Origin: the human T2T-CHM13v2.0 reference genome, Homo sapiens
Direction: 5' to 3' (one strand)
Assembly: GCF_009914755.1 (NCBI RefSeq)
Contig: NC_060932.1
DNA: 64,000 nucleotides
Part shown: positions 26,950 to 40,442 of the stretch, in pieces
Numbering within the stretch: position 1 is the stretch's first letter
How the letters are laid out: each line of letters begins with the position of its first letter
Program-made: the position numbers and the translations under genes
Notes under the pieces: generated by a model
Database searches by the model: none
What the model saw: the letters and a program-made list of their open reading frames with translations, nothing else
Told to the model about the DNA's origin: nothing

Positions 26950-27430
26950 TTCACAACCATTTACAATAGCCCCAAAAGTGGTAATAACCCAAACATCCAC
27001 CAGTGGATGAATGAATAAACAAAATGTGTTATATCCAAACAGTGGACTATTATTCAGCCATGGAAAGGAAAGAAGTGCTAATACATGCTAAGATGTGAGT
27101 CGGATAAACATACAAACATTATGTTAAGTGAAACAAACCAAATGCAATAGGTCACATATCATATGATTCCAGTTATATGAAATAGACAAAATAAATCCAT
27201 AGACAGAAGACTAGTGGCTGCCAGGGGCCAGGGAAGGGCAGAATGGAGAGTGACTGCTTAATGAGCACAGGATTTTCTCTTCAGGTTACAAAAATGTCTT
27301 GGAACTTGATAGATTGTGTTCTGGAACCACAGTGTTGTGGTTCACAACACTGCAACTGTACTAAATGACGCTGAATTGTATACCTTGAAGTGGTAAATGT
27401 TATGCCATATGAATTTCACCTCAATTAAAC
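26950..27430 (+). mobile_element. L1MB-like 3' end
   Basis: aatagccccaaaagtgg...ggatgaatgaataaacaaaatgtg...gaatttcacctcaatt. Confidence 0.85.
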
Positions 27431-27636
27431 TTCTTTAAGGCAAAAAGAGCATATTAGATATATATTATTTTCTTTTTTGTAGCAAGCAAGATAAATGTGT
27501 TCTGACTAACTTAAAAGGAGAGATTGTTGGGAAAGGCAGTGAGGTTCCTCAGAGACTCCTTGACAGACCCAATCAACCAGGTTTTGGGAGAAGCCAGCAG
27601 GAATGAGTGCAGCCCTCAATCCCCTGGACTTGGTCA

Positions 27637-28004
<368 letters not shown>

Positions 28005-28175
28005 ATAGAAACAGAATCTGATTGCCCAAGCTTGTGTCTTATACATCCATCGTCCCCAAGGTTTGGGGTCTGGGTTTGAGATCAGTAGCCTTACCAAAAT
28101 GTATGGACTGAGGAGGAGTGATTGCCCAAAGAAAAGGGTGTTATAGGAATCAGAATAGAAAACAAAGTGATAGAG

Positions 28176-28517
28176 TGTCTTCCTCATTTTTATGCTGCCA
28201 TGACAGAATACCACATACTTGATAATTTAAAATGAACAGAAATTTATCGGCTCACAGTTCTGAAATGTGAGAAGTTCAAGATCGAGGGGTTGGTATCTTG
28301 CAAGAACTTTCTTGCTGTGGTATCCATGGGGGAAGATGGAAGGGCAAGAATGAACAAGAGGGGGCTTGCTCTTTTATAATGGCACCAACCTTGTCTATGA
28401 AGAGGGAGCCCTCATGGCCTAATCACCTTTTTTAAGGGTCCCACCTCTTAGCACTGTTACAATGGCAATTACATTTTAACATGAGTTTTGGAGGGGATAA
28501 ACATTCAAAACATAGCA
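28176..28517 (-). mobile_element. MST/MLT1A LTR
   Basis: tgtctt...acagaataccaca...acattcaaaacatagca. Confidence 0.85.
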
Positions 28518-29469
28518 CTGGGATACAGAACAGGACAACAAATGTTCACTACAAATACCACCCGGCTCATATATTCTTTCAATAGCAGCAGTCTGATCAA
28601 CAGTTACTGAGTGCCTCCCCAGAGGCACTGGGAATAGAGTAATGACCACAGAGGAAATGATCTTTTCCCTCCTGGAGCTTGTAGTCATGAGGAAAGATGG
28701 ACACTGGACTTAGACCAGTGTGCTGAGCACTGTGCAGTGAAGTACAGAGGATGCCTGGGAAGCTTTTCTGTCTGCCTTTCTGTTATTCAGGCAGAGGTGG
28801 GAAGGGCTACCTGGAGTTGTCTCCATCTTGACTGTGAGCTCCTGAGCTGCATGGACCCCAGAACTAACAAAGGCCTGAGAGTTGAAACAAAAAATAAGGG
28901 AGGAAGAAAAGGAAGGTGGGAAGACACACCGAATGCACTAGATTTTAGTTTATGTCCTGCTTCCCTTTGGATAAAGTGTCTTTAAAACTAACTTATTGTG
29001 TGGCCATCTTGCCCCCAGGTTGGGGATGGGAAGTGGGATGACACTGGTGCAGTGTGACAGCTGATGGCACTTCCCTTACAATAAATCATAGCAGGGGGTT
29101 GAGCCTGTCATCTGGTAGAGCCCTCTGCTTCCACCAGAGCAATGGCCACATGATTGACCCCAGATGGTGGCAGCTCCTAGGCCCAAAGTCCCCCTCTCTA
29201 GGTGGCCTGCTTTCATATCTCATCAACCTTGCAGCCAAGATAATTTTCTTGGATAAACATCAAGATGTTGGCCTTGGCTATTCTTGAGTTGAGGGATGAT
29301 GTGTAATTTCTTCTCTTTTGCTTATTTGAATTCTTTCCTTCCTATTTAAATAAAATGATGGTGAGTCACTTTCAAAATAAAGAAAATTGAATTAAAGAAG
29401 TTATTTTTAAAGCCAATCTTTTCTCATGCCACTATATAAGCTTACTTTCTCTTATTTGGTCTTCTCTAT

Positions 29470-30150
29470 GACAATAAAGCCATACGATCACTCCACACTG
29501 CAGCAAGCACTTCAGAGACGGCCACAAGTCATGAAATTAGGTCTGTTTTATAAATGAGCAAAGTGAGGGTCAATGAAGTTGACTAATAGGTCCAATATCA
29601 CAAAGCTAGAAATGGTGGAACTGCCAGAGTCTGTGTCTGTGTCTAAGTCTACATATATGTCTATCTGACCTCAAAATCTGTATTTTTGCCTTTATACCAT
29701 TCTAACTTGTGTTAAATATTGGAAGAAGTATTTATTCAGCTAGATTAACACGGCCGCAGCTAAGCCTCAGCCCACAGTTAGTCTCTCCTTTCTATCATCT
29801 CACCTAATAACTGAAAAATTTCCATTGTCCCCGAGGTCATAAATACTACTACTACTGTCACCACTATTATTATACAATAATAATGATAATAATAATAATT
29901 GCAGCTCCCACTTCAGAAAAGCTTATGATCTAGCACTGTTTTAAGTGTTAAGCATTTTGCCTGCATGAACTTGTTTAATCTCATAAAAGTTAGACGAATT
30001 AGGTAATATTTTAGTCTCATTTTAAAGACTGGGAAATTAAAGCTTAGAAACGTGAAATCGCTTGTCCAAAGTGAAAGCAGTTAAGTAGCTGGATCACAGT
30101 CTAGTCCCAGGTCTCCTCTGACTCCAGAGCTGAAGTATCATGCTATACTG
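29470..30150 (-). mobile_element. Two MIRs (~29470-29700, ~29900-30150) with a (TAA)n tract at ~29876
   Basis: Reverse MIR cores. Confidence 0.65.
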
Positions 30151-31859
30151 CGATGCTACTCTTCGAAGGACACAGCAAGAGAGGAAACAAGGAAGATTAG
30201 GAAGGCGGAAGGCTCTAGAATGTGTTTCTTGACCTTTTCTTTTACTGAAAAAGAGAAAAGAAAATGAGAATAAAATGGAACTGCCGGCAGTGAATTTCAG
30301 CTGTCTCCCCCACAGCAGATCCCTTGCAGCCTGAAGATGAGCTTCACCCACACAAAGGTATGTTGTTTCAATTTGGCCTGGGCTGGAGGAGGGACTACCT
30401 TCTCTCTCTACAATGCAAATGCAAAATTTCATTTTGCATTGAAAGTACAAGTCCTGATTCACCAGCCTTTGTTTTACCCTTTGCATCTTATTTTCTTTTT
30501 TAAAAAGTTTCCTTTAAGGCTACAAAAGGATAAGAAAATTTTTGCAAAATGTTTCCAGCTTTTAGCATCCACCTGCTAAATTGCCCTCCACTCCCAAGTT
30601 ACCCTGTCTGGCTCTCTAGCAGGTGTAGCTTGCAGCTGTAGCAGATTTTACCCTGCATGGGACAGATGGAGGGGATACAGCCTGCACAGTAGGGTAGATT
30701 TTTTTTTTGAAATACATGATCAGATCTTCATCAAAGCCTGGTAGGCAAATGTGGCATTGATGCAAAGTATGCCAAGTTGGCAGGTGTCTGTGTCTGCTGC
30801 ATTGTGTTTGCAGTAGTGGGATTCCTTTTGGGGGTGGTGGTTGGCCTCTCCTGCAGCACAAGCAGATCATTTTGCATCTGAGTTGTTTTGAAGTAACTAC
30901 CGTAGATACCTGCTTGGAGGAGCATTGCAGTGAGGGTGTTGGGGAGGGGGTGGAGGTGAGTGGCACAGGCGCCTTAGAGACCTGCAGTGTATGACTCAGG
31001 GTGAGCAATACATCCTCCTTGAAGTTTGCCTTCCTCACTTTTAAATGAGAGTGGGTGGCAGAGCTGCTAAGGCTCGTCAAAGTACACGGATCGTGTACTT
31101 CCCTGCTTTCTCCACCACCTTGCATAAGTGGGTCATATGACCAATCCTATAAACGAAGGGACACTTCCCAGTCAGAGAAAATTAAGACAGAATATGCCAG
31201 GCAAGCTTGGAGGCCATACAGCATGGTTACAAGATGAAGGACGGCTGGCTGATCCCATCAGAGATGATGTGGGTTTACATACTGTGGAAGCTGACCAAAC
31301 CAAGGGTAGTCCTCAGCAGGATGGTGGCGATGATTACAGACAAAGAAGATAAATCACCTGGCATATAGTAGATGCGCCAAAACAAAACAGCAACTCTTTT
31401 TATGAGCTCTGTAGCTACATCAGCCTCTATGAACAGAGGCTCTAAAGCAGACCGGACAATGTTAGATAATTCCTCTCTTTATATTGCATCTCATTCATGC
31501 CAATTCTCCAAGAAACTAGATTTGAGAACCCTGAGATACAAGAAAAAAGGTGAAGGTCATCATTGTCTTTGAAAGATGACTCTTTTCATTTAATGTTTCA
31601 CCTCATGGAAAACTTTCTCCTGAGTTAGCATTTCTGGCGAGAATGACTCACACAGCCTTTGATCACCAAGGCACCATGCCCCTCTCATGTGACCTTCTCA
31701 GCGGCAATCAGTAGTAGGGGAAGTAAGGGCTGTGGGTCAGATAGGCTTGGCTTTGAAATCTAGATCTCCCACTTACTTATCATCTTCGGAAACCCTTAGG
31801 AAAGTTATTCAACCTGTCTAACGTTATTAAATGTATAAAATGGCAATAATCATATCTGC

Positions 31860-32510
31860 TATATTAGACAGGGTTGTCCAGAGATACAGAAACAATAGGA
31901 TATATGATATATTATAAACATATATATTACATATGTCACATATATTATACATAATCACATATATTATATGTCCCATTGGTTATGTGATGAATTATAAATA
32001 TACATTTTTTGTATATTATATGTAATACATGTATATCTATATTACACATCCTATTGGTTCCGTTTCTCTGGAGAACCTTAACTAATACAGTATATATACA
32101 CTATATATATATGGAAAGAGAGAGAGAGATTTTAAGTAATTGGCTTACACAGTCGTAGTGAGCTGACAAGTCCAGAATCCATACGGCAAGATGGCAGTCT
32201 GGAAATTCAGGTGAGAGATAATGTTACTGTCTTGACTCTACAGGCTGGAAACTCAGGCAGAATGTTTATATTGCAATTTGGAGGCAGACTTCCTTCTTTA
32301 GTAAACATCCATCTTTGCTCTTAAGGCTTTCAATGTGTTGAATGAGGCCCACCCACATTATGGAGGATAATCTGCTTTATTTAATGTCAACTGATTGCAA
32401 ACATTAATCACATCCACAAAATACCTTCACAGGAACATCTAGACCAGTTTTTGACCAAGCAACTTTTCATCATGATATATCCAAGTTGACACATAAAATT
32501 AACCATCACA
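31860..32510 (-). mobile_element. MLT2 (ERVL) LTR inserted in a MIR (31730-32620)
   Basis: gaggcccacccacattatggagg...aagttgacacataaaattaaccatcaca; near-TSD tctgc/cctgc. Confidence 0.88.
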
Positions 32511-33180
32511 CCTGCCTAGCTAAAGTGGTTGTTATGAGATTTAATAGAACATGCAACGTGAACTTGTCAGGGGCAGGATCAGGCACAGAATAAAAGTTCC
32601 CCAGTGATCGTATTTCCTATTACTGTTAACTTATTGCCACTGTAATCATTTCTTTTATTTTCTTCTCCTCACTACCTGTTTCTGATACTTTGGTTCTCCT
32701 TTCATGTCTCATCCCTCTCTGCTCTCAAAAAGAGAAGACAATACCATAATTCCCATTAACCCAAAGGAAGAATTCATCTAAATTACCAGAGAATCTGACC
32801 TTGTAAATGTTTTCAAAGAAATGCATTTTTTGGCTCTAGAGTATATTTGACACTTGTAATTACATGCTTAGCTGGTTCCCAGTCTGCTATGACATCTGCT
32901 CCTTGAGAGTAGAATTGTATTTCCTTCACTTAAAAAATCCTTGGTTCCTAAGAAGTGCCAGGTAATTATCAGGTGATCAATTATAATAATGATTGATTGG
33001 ATTGATTGAACTCATGGATGAATGAGCTAGAACAACTACAAACCATTTATACTTTTTAGAGCAGCAAAATAATATCTCTAGTAAAAGGCGTTAAAAGACC
33101 TGTAAGTCAAAACAGTGATGTTCAATTCAGAAGTATTGAATCTCTAAAATTTATTAGGCATACATTTTTGGTAACTGAGT

Positions 33181-33542
33181 ATTATGTACTGAATGTTTTT
33201 GTCCCTATAAGATTCATATGTTGAAGCTCTAATCCCCAATGTTATGGTATTTGGAGGTGGGGACTTTGGAAAATGATCTGGTTATGATAATGGGTCCTCC
33301 ATGAATGGGGTTTGTTCTCTTATAAAAAGAGGAGGAGACACTGGATCTTTCTTTCCAACATGTGAAGCTGAAACAAGAAGACAGCCATCTGCAAACCAGG
33401 AAGTGAGCCCTCACCAGACACCAAATCAGCTGGCACCTCAATCTTGAACTTTGCAGCCTTTAGAATTCTGAAAAAAAATACATGTTTGTTGGGTAAGACA
33501 CTGAATCTACAGTATTTTCTTATAGCAGTCTGAGCTATGACA
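33181..33542 (+). mobile_element. MLT1A LTR
   Basis: ttcatatgttgaagctctaatcccca...gccctcaccagacacc. Confidence 0.85.
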
Positions 33543-34672
33543 GTGGGTGAGTGGAAATCCTCTACAGTCCTTTAGCATCTTCCATCAGTATTGGCCCTGT
33601 GGTCTTACCCTTCTTGTTTCATGCAATGCCCTGTTTCCCCTATTAGAGAGCAAGTTTGTTGAGGGCAGGCACCATATTTTAAAACATCTGTACCTGACTC
33701 AGTTCTTACAGGTAGTAGGCTCTCAAAAAATAAATGGTGGTTAAATTTTTAAAGTTGAGTTATTATCTATATATCTCCCATACTTTAATTTACTTTCTCA
33801 ATCTTTTTAGCATCTTGATGAGGTACAAAGTATATAGAGTTTGGAAGTTGGAGGGTGTGCCTTTTGGGAAATTTTATATATTAAACATGGTTCCTTCATA
33901 TATATAAATGCTGATTATACATAGCATCCTGGCCACCTTTAAAAGATATTAAGAAATAAACTTTTTGTTTTGAAAATTAGCAAATACAGGAAAAGACTCA
34001 AGCATTCATCTCTCCTTTCCTATAAAATCTGAACCACTGGGCAATCAGACGGTAGATGTTTCCTTGCACAGATATATTCCCAATAAAGAAGATGTGATCA
34101 AACTGGAATATCATCCTTTTCAATCTCTAATTAATTAGATATCTAACCACTGATCAGAAATGGCTGCTGACAACACAAAATGACATAATGTCACTCTTGA
34201 CAAAGAATATGACACCACCTAGGAAGTAATTGTTCCCCACAAAATTCAAAACAAAAAACGATTAAGCCTCTGTAATCAACTTTCAGTTGGCAAGAAATAC
34301 AGAAGACTAAGGAAGACATTAAACTTTACCACAGACATGCGATCAGCAAAATTCCAATGGAGTAAAGTCTACAAGACAAATGATGCAGTTTTCAAAGAAA
34401 CAAATTTCAAAGGTCAGGGAGGAAGAACTTATGCATTCAAAGAGACCCAATAGGCATATTAAACAAACAAATAAAACCAGGCAGAGCTATACTATAGTAT
34501 TTAGAAACGTAATTGGTAATAAAAACTATAAAGCAAGATGCAGAGGTGATTATCATAAACTCAGCCATAGTGGTTATTCTGAAGGTGAGGATGTTGGAAG
34601 GGGCAGCTGGAGGGCTCCTGATACAGCTAGCAAGATTTCGTCTCTTTTTATTCTTCGGTTCTTAAAAGGGCA

Positions 34673-35064
34673 TGCTATGGTTTGAATGTGACCTGAAAAT
34701 TTCATATGTTGGAAACTTAATCCCCAGTGCAACAGTGTTGAGACATGGGACCTTAAAGAGGGGATTAGGTCATGAGGGCTCAGCCCTCATGAATGAATTA
34801 ATGTTATTATTGTGAGAATAGATTAGTTATCTCGGGAGTAGGTTCCTGATAGACAGATGAGTTTGGCCCCTTTCCTCCCTTTGGCCTTCTCTCATCTTCT
34901 CACCTTCAGCCATGAGATGATGCAGCAAGAAGGCTCTTGCCAGATGCCAGCACCTTGATACTGGGTTTCACAGCTGCCAGAACTGTGAGAAATATGTTTC
35001 TTTTTAAAAATAAAGTACACAGTCTGTGATATTCTGGTACAGCAACACAAAACAGACTAAAACA
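34673..35064 (+). mobile_element. MST LTR within an L1M 3' fragment (~33850-34670)
   Basis: tgctatggtttgaatgt...cagactaaaaca. Confidence 0.85.
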
Positions 35065-35904
35065 AGGCATTTGCCTTATAATAATTTTTACACTATTTTC
35101 TGTTTTTCTCGTATTTGAACAATACAAGTTTTTAAAAACAGCTGTTCTGCCTATTTCACAGAATGAATGGTGCCTACATAAACATGACATTTAATAAGTA
35201 CAGGAACCTCGTCTGTATTCTTCACCGTCATACTCCCAGGGGCTAGACTGGCTCTTGGCACATGGTTGGACTAAATATATATTTACTGAATGTATTAATA
35301 AATGAAACTATAAAATCAAATATATACATGAAATCATATTATGATGATGACTATTAAATTCAGCAAAGTTACAAATTCCCAAGGAGTGCATTCCAGATCA
35401 CTGAGAATCTTTTGTGTACAGCAGACGTGGTTCTTTATAACAATATTGCCCGCTGCTAGACTACAATAACAAATAGGACCTGAAGAGGATTGAGGCTGGC
35501 CATTGGCAGAGAGCTGACATCCAGTGATGTACAAGTCTTCCTGGCAGCACACACATCACTAGTCAGGTCCTGTGCACCTCTGTCACAGATGGATCTGCAG
35601 GATATTAAGGTTATACTCTCCACTCCAAGTAGTGGGGCTCAAGAGCAACCATCTGGCTGGAGCCCACTGCTAGGGGACATGTCCTAAAGTCATTTTGCAC
35701 AGCAACACACTTTATACACTTGGAGGAGAATCAGTGGATGTTGTGTTCATTATCTATCACCATGTAATGACATTAGCACAAGCTTAGCAGCTTAGAACAC
35801 ACATTAATCTCAGTTTCTGCAGAGGTCTTTAACTGCGTCCTCTGCAAGGTTGTAAAGAAGGTGTTGTCCTGCACCGGCCTCTCATCTGAAGCTTTCACTG
35901 GGGA

Positions 35905-36322
35905 AGGCCTTAGCCATTGGGTCCTGGAAGATATCTGCATTCCAGAACTCTGGAACCTATGACTAGATTACCTTATGTGGCAAAAGGACTTTGTAAATGG
36001 GATGAAGTTAAGGATTTTAAAATGGAAAGATTATTCTGGATTATCTGGGTGGGCCCCATGTAATTACAAAAATTATTTAAAGAAGGAGGCAAGATGTCTA
36101 AAGTCAGAAAAGGAGATGTGACCACAGAAGCAGAGGCTAGAGTGAAGTGGTTTGAAGATGGAGGAGGGGGCCAGGGGCCAGGGAATGCAAGCAGTCTCTA
36201 GGTTTTACCCTTGTAAGGCTCATTTTGGACTGACCCCCAAAACTGTAAGATAATAAATTTGCATTGTTTTAAGCCACCAAATCTGTGGTAACTTGTTACT
36301 GTAGCCATAGTAAGCTCATACA
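35905..36322 (+). mobile_element. MLT1C/D LTR
   Basis: ctggattatctgggtgggccc...aactgtaagataataaattt. Confidence 0.82.
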
Positions 36323-36690
36323 GCCGGGGAGAAAATGTCCTTGTCAACAATGAAGCATTATATGCACGTAAACAGTTAGTACTATTTCAGTATCTTACTT
36401 TGAAAAACATTATCATTTAAATCAAATGACTCTGTAGAAAAATGTGTGTTACACATAGACAAAGGAAATGTAGAAATTCTCAATGGAAGTTCTCCTAATA
36501 GTGTATTAAATGAAAGGCTCCATATGCATTTAGTTCTCCATTAAATTCATTTTAAATCCCACTTCAAAGCATTCATGCACGTGGATTGTGGATCACTTTG
36601 TGATCACTTAACCTACTTGTAAAAATGGCAAAGGCATGGGACATATCCCAGACCTACTAAATTATTACACGAGGCTATTTCAAATACAAC

Positions 36691-37160
36691 TGTGGTAAGC
36701 TTACTAATGGTCCCCCAAAATAGCCAGGTTCTAATCATAGGAACCCATCAATGTTACCTTATATGAAAATAGGGGCCTTGAAGGTGTCATTAAGTCAAAG
36801 ATTTTATCTTGGATTATCAGAGTGGATCCTAAATGTAGTCTCAAGTGTCCTTTAAAGAGGGAGGTAGAGGGAGATTTTACTGCAGAAGAGGAGAAGGTGA
36901 TGTAATGATGGAAGTAAGAAATCAGAGTGGTGTGCTTTGGAGGTGGAGGAGGGGGCCACAAGCCAAGGAATACAGACAGCCACTGGAAGCTAAAAAAGGC
37001 AAGGAAATAGATTTTTCCCTAAAGCCTCCAGAGGGAAAATAACTCTGCTGACCTTTATTTTAGACTTCTGAGCTCCAGAACTGTAAAACAATAACTTTGT
37101 GTTGCCGTAAGCCACTTGGTTTAGGGTAATTTGTTAAGGCAGCAATAGGGAAATAATACA
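36691..37160 (+). mobile_element. MLT1C/D LTR
   Basis: tgtggta...agccaaggaatacagacagccactggaagct...ggaaataataca. Confidence 0.85.
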
Positions 37161-37244
37161 GTCTTCAATGAATGATGTTCTGCCATGATTTCTCAAAAAA
37201 ATATATATATACATATATATATACACACACACAAATATAAATTT

Positions 37245-38263
37245 GCTGATGACTTCACTTATTTATTAGTTTATTTTTTAACCAAAAATGTACTAAATGC
37301 AAATTATATATAAAGTTATATTTTGGCATTACCATTTCGAGCAAAGACAATTTTCTGCATGTATGAGTTTTTACTCAGAGAGTATCACATAGAACAAATT
37401 TGAATTACAGGCCATATTTGCTTTGTGAACACGCACCAAGTGTGGGGGGTGGAAAGGGAACATCTACAGCCCTTGAGTCAAGGCTCAAGGGTACAACTGC
37501 ACCATTTTCATGCATTTGAAAGCGCATTGGTGTTTTGCCTATATTTTGCCCTCAAGGCATTTTTCTGTGTTATATCTTTAAGTGACATTAAAGTGAAAGG
37601 TAATTACGAGCCCCAAGAAGATTAAAAACTTGGTTTAGAACGTGGTTCAAAAGAATATAACTTTCAGAAAATGCTTCTTTCCTGTCCATTTTCATATTAA
37701 CCATCATCTACGGTTACCACCTAATATCAAGTCACTCCACTGAGGTGAATGACAAACTTTTGCAGCATTATATTTTATGTACAAATTGCATTTATTGTTA
37801 TTCAAGTTGTCAGGTTGGTATTAGTTAGACAAACTTGCTCTCATTATTCTATTAAAGCAATTCAGCAAGAGATAGGTGCATGTGGCAGACCCAGAAATCT
37901 GGTTACAAGCTCCTCACAGAATTTCCTAATGAAAATTCAAGCTCGAGAACCACTGCCTTAAAGAATCATAGGGGGACATTTATTCCAGGCGGTCTCTTTT
38001 CCATCACATTCCCCGTCCTTTTCCTTTCAACTGCCGGTGTTTGCAAAGGGAAGGCAAATTAATATTATTTTCATGAGCATATTATAATTTTGATGGAAAA
38101 ACTGAGATCATTTTAAAATCACATAGTCAAACTAAAATGGCTTTTTCTCCATTACTCGCTTACTCCCTTCCAATAAAACACTTGATTCCAAGTAGACTGC
38201 AAGTTGGACAATTTCCGGATATTCAGATGGAGGACATTCATCGAAGGCATTCCTAAATGGTTG
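37245..38263 (-). other. TMEM71: TMEM71 3'UTR (~1 kb; end approximate; proximal AATAAA at 37791-37796)
   Basis: Sequence between the stop codon and poly(A) signals with no recognisable transposon. Confidence 0.75.
37262..37275 (-). terminator. TMEM71: Tandem AATAAA poly(A) signals of TMEM71
   Basis: tttatt at 37262-37267 and 37270-37275; GU-rich tttgtgtgtgtg ~30-45 nt downstream on minus. Confidence 0.75.
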
Positions 38264-38279
38264 TCAAATTTTGACAAAC
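38264..38279 (-). CDS. TMEM71: TMEM71 last coding exon: (R)FVKI*
   Basis: ttcttttcttatttctccaatctag|G TTT GTC AAA ATT TGA; phase 2 matches the previous exon. Confidence 0.9.
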
Positions 38280-40054
38280 CTAGATTGGAGAAATAAGAAA
38301 AGAAATGCATAATTCATCCCCATGCACAGGAAATGCAGTATCTAATCACTGCATACCCATTTGCGCATATATAAGCACACACCCACACCCATACCCACAA
38401 CGGGCCTGAATTATCACAACTAGGAAGAGTGCAGCCTCAACTAAGGGTACTTTTCGTTTTTGCTTTTATCCCAGCAGTTCTTAGTGCTCTCCTTTTTGTC
38501 TGAAAGACTATAGAGGTTTTGACCCCTCAGCCCAGCGTGGTACTTAGTTAACTAATATTTCCTATGGTTTCCTCTTCCCACCTGCCCTTATGGCATTTTT
38601 CTGTATTATATCAGTATTTTAATTGCACTTTAAGTGAAAGGTAATCATGATCCTCAAGAAGATTAAAAACTTGGTAAAGAAAATGGCTCAAAAGAATACA
38701 CCTTCCAGAAAATTGCTCTCTCCTGCCCCGTAGAACAGCCTGTAGGGTAACAGGTGGATTTTCCCCATATTTTTATTCCCTAAAGTTTATTCACTCATTC
38801 ATTAAGTATACGAACATACATTCCTTCATTTAAGAGAGAACAGATGTGACCCATTTTGTTACTATGAAATCATAAGTGTGCAAAACGTGTACCGCTGATG
38901 CTAACACATCATTACTAACATGAGATACCTGTGCTGACCTTCATTTGCAAGGGACACTCAGGCCAGTGGTGGACAAGACAGATAGTCCCTATCTTCACAG
39001 GCTTTAAATTTAATCAGGAAAGCAGTTGACTAAGAATTTCATTATGTTATGAAAAGGGATATGATGTGAGCCGTGTGAGGTGCTAAAGAGGCACCTAATC
39101 TAATCTAACTTGCACAGTGCAGGATGGGTGTGTGTGTTGGGGGGAGGGTGCTGCATTAATATTTGTTGAACTGAATTCAGTTCCTTAGATTCTCATCATT
39201 GATTGTTAGAGGAGACTTATGAGTCATTCTTGATTCTCGATATTAATAACCATATCTTTGGTTTATTAGTTTCTCGGTATGTTTATATAAGAAGGAGAGG
39301 GTTGCAAAATCTTTAATATACACGCAGAGCTCTTGGCTTTCAAGGAAGTACTTCAAGAAATGATGCAGTAAATACATTAAATTTAATGAATATGTACAGA
39401 GTACATACTATTTTCAAGGCTTTGGTTGTAGATACAAAAATGAAGTCAATAGTCCTTGTTTTCACAGGTCTTAAATGCAAATGTGTGTGTATATGAGGCT
39501 GGTGGGCAGGAAACAGGAAAAAATGGAGTTGGGAACAAGAGAAGAACAAGTCAAAGTATGTACACAAATAATCAAAGAAAGGATCTCCTTCCATAAATGA
39601 GTCAGAAGATAAAAGTGTTTGTTCAGGATAGAAATATTGTCCTGATGTAATTTCTTTTGGGAGAGAACAAACAATGAGCTCAGAACAATGGGAAGTTCTG
39701 AGAAAACAGCAGGTGATATAACCCCTGCAGATCGGATATTGGCTCTTCCAGGAGGCCCTCCCTGAACATACTCCCCACTCCTCTTAGTCTGGGAAACTGA
39801 CCTCCTTGTGCTCCCCCTGGCTCCTGTACTAACCTGATATTTGCACTTACCATATTAAAAGGCAACTTCACCTTGCCCCTTACAAGTCCTTTACTCTAAT
39901 GAGATGATAAAATCTCAAAGCCAGCCACATGCTGGGGCATTCACACCCTGGTACCTAGTGACTGTGTCTAACCCATGGTAGACACTTCATTAACAGCAAC
40001 TGAGCTAAACTTGGTACCCCATACCGTATAGAACATATTGTAAATTCTTAATAA

Positions 40055-40442
<388 letters not shown>

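Noticed and set aside
35905-37160. Two same-strand MLT1 LTRs as a provirus
   Set aside because: Only ~370 bp apart, clearly diverged from each other, no internal MaLR sequence recognised
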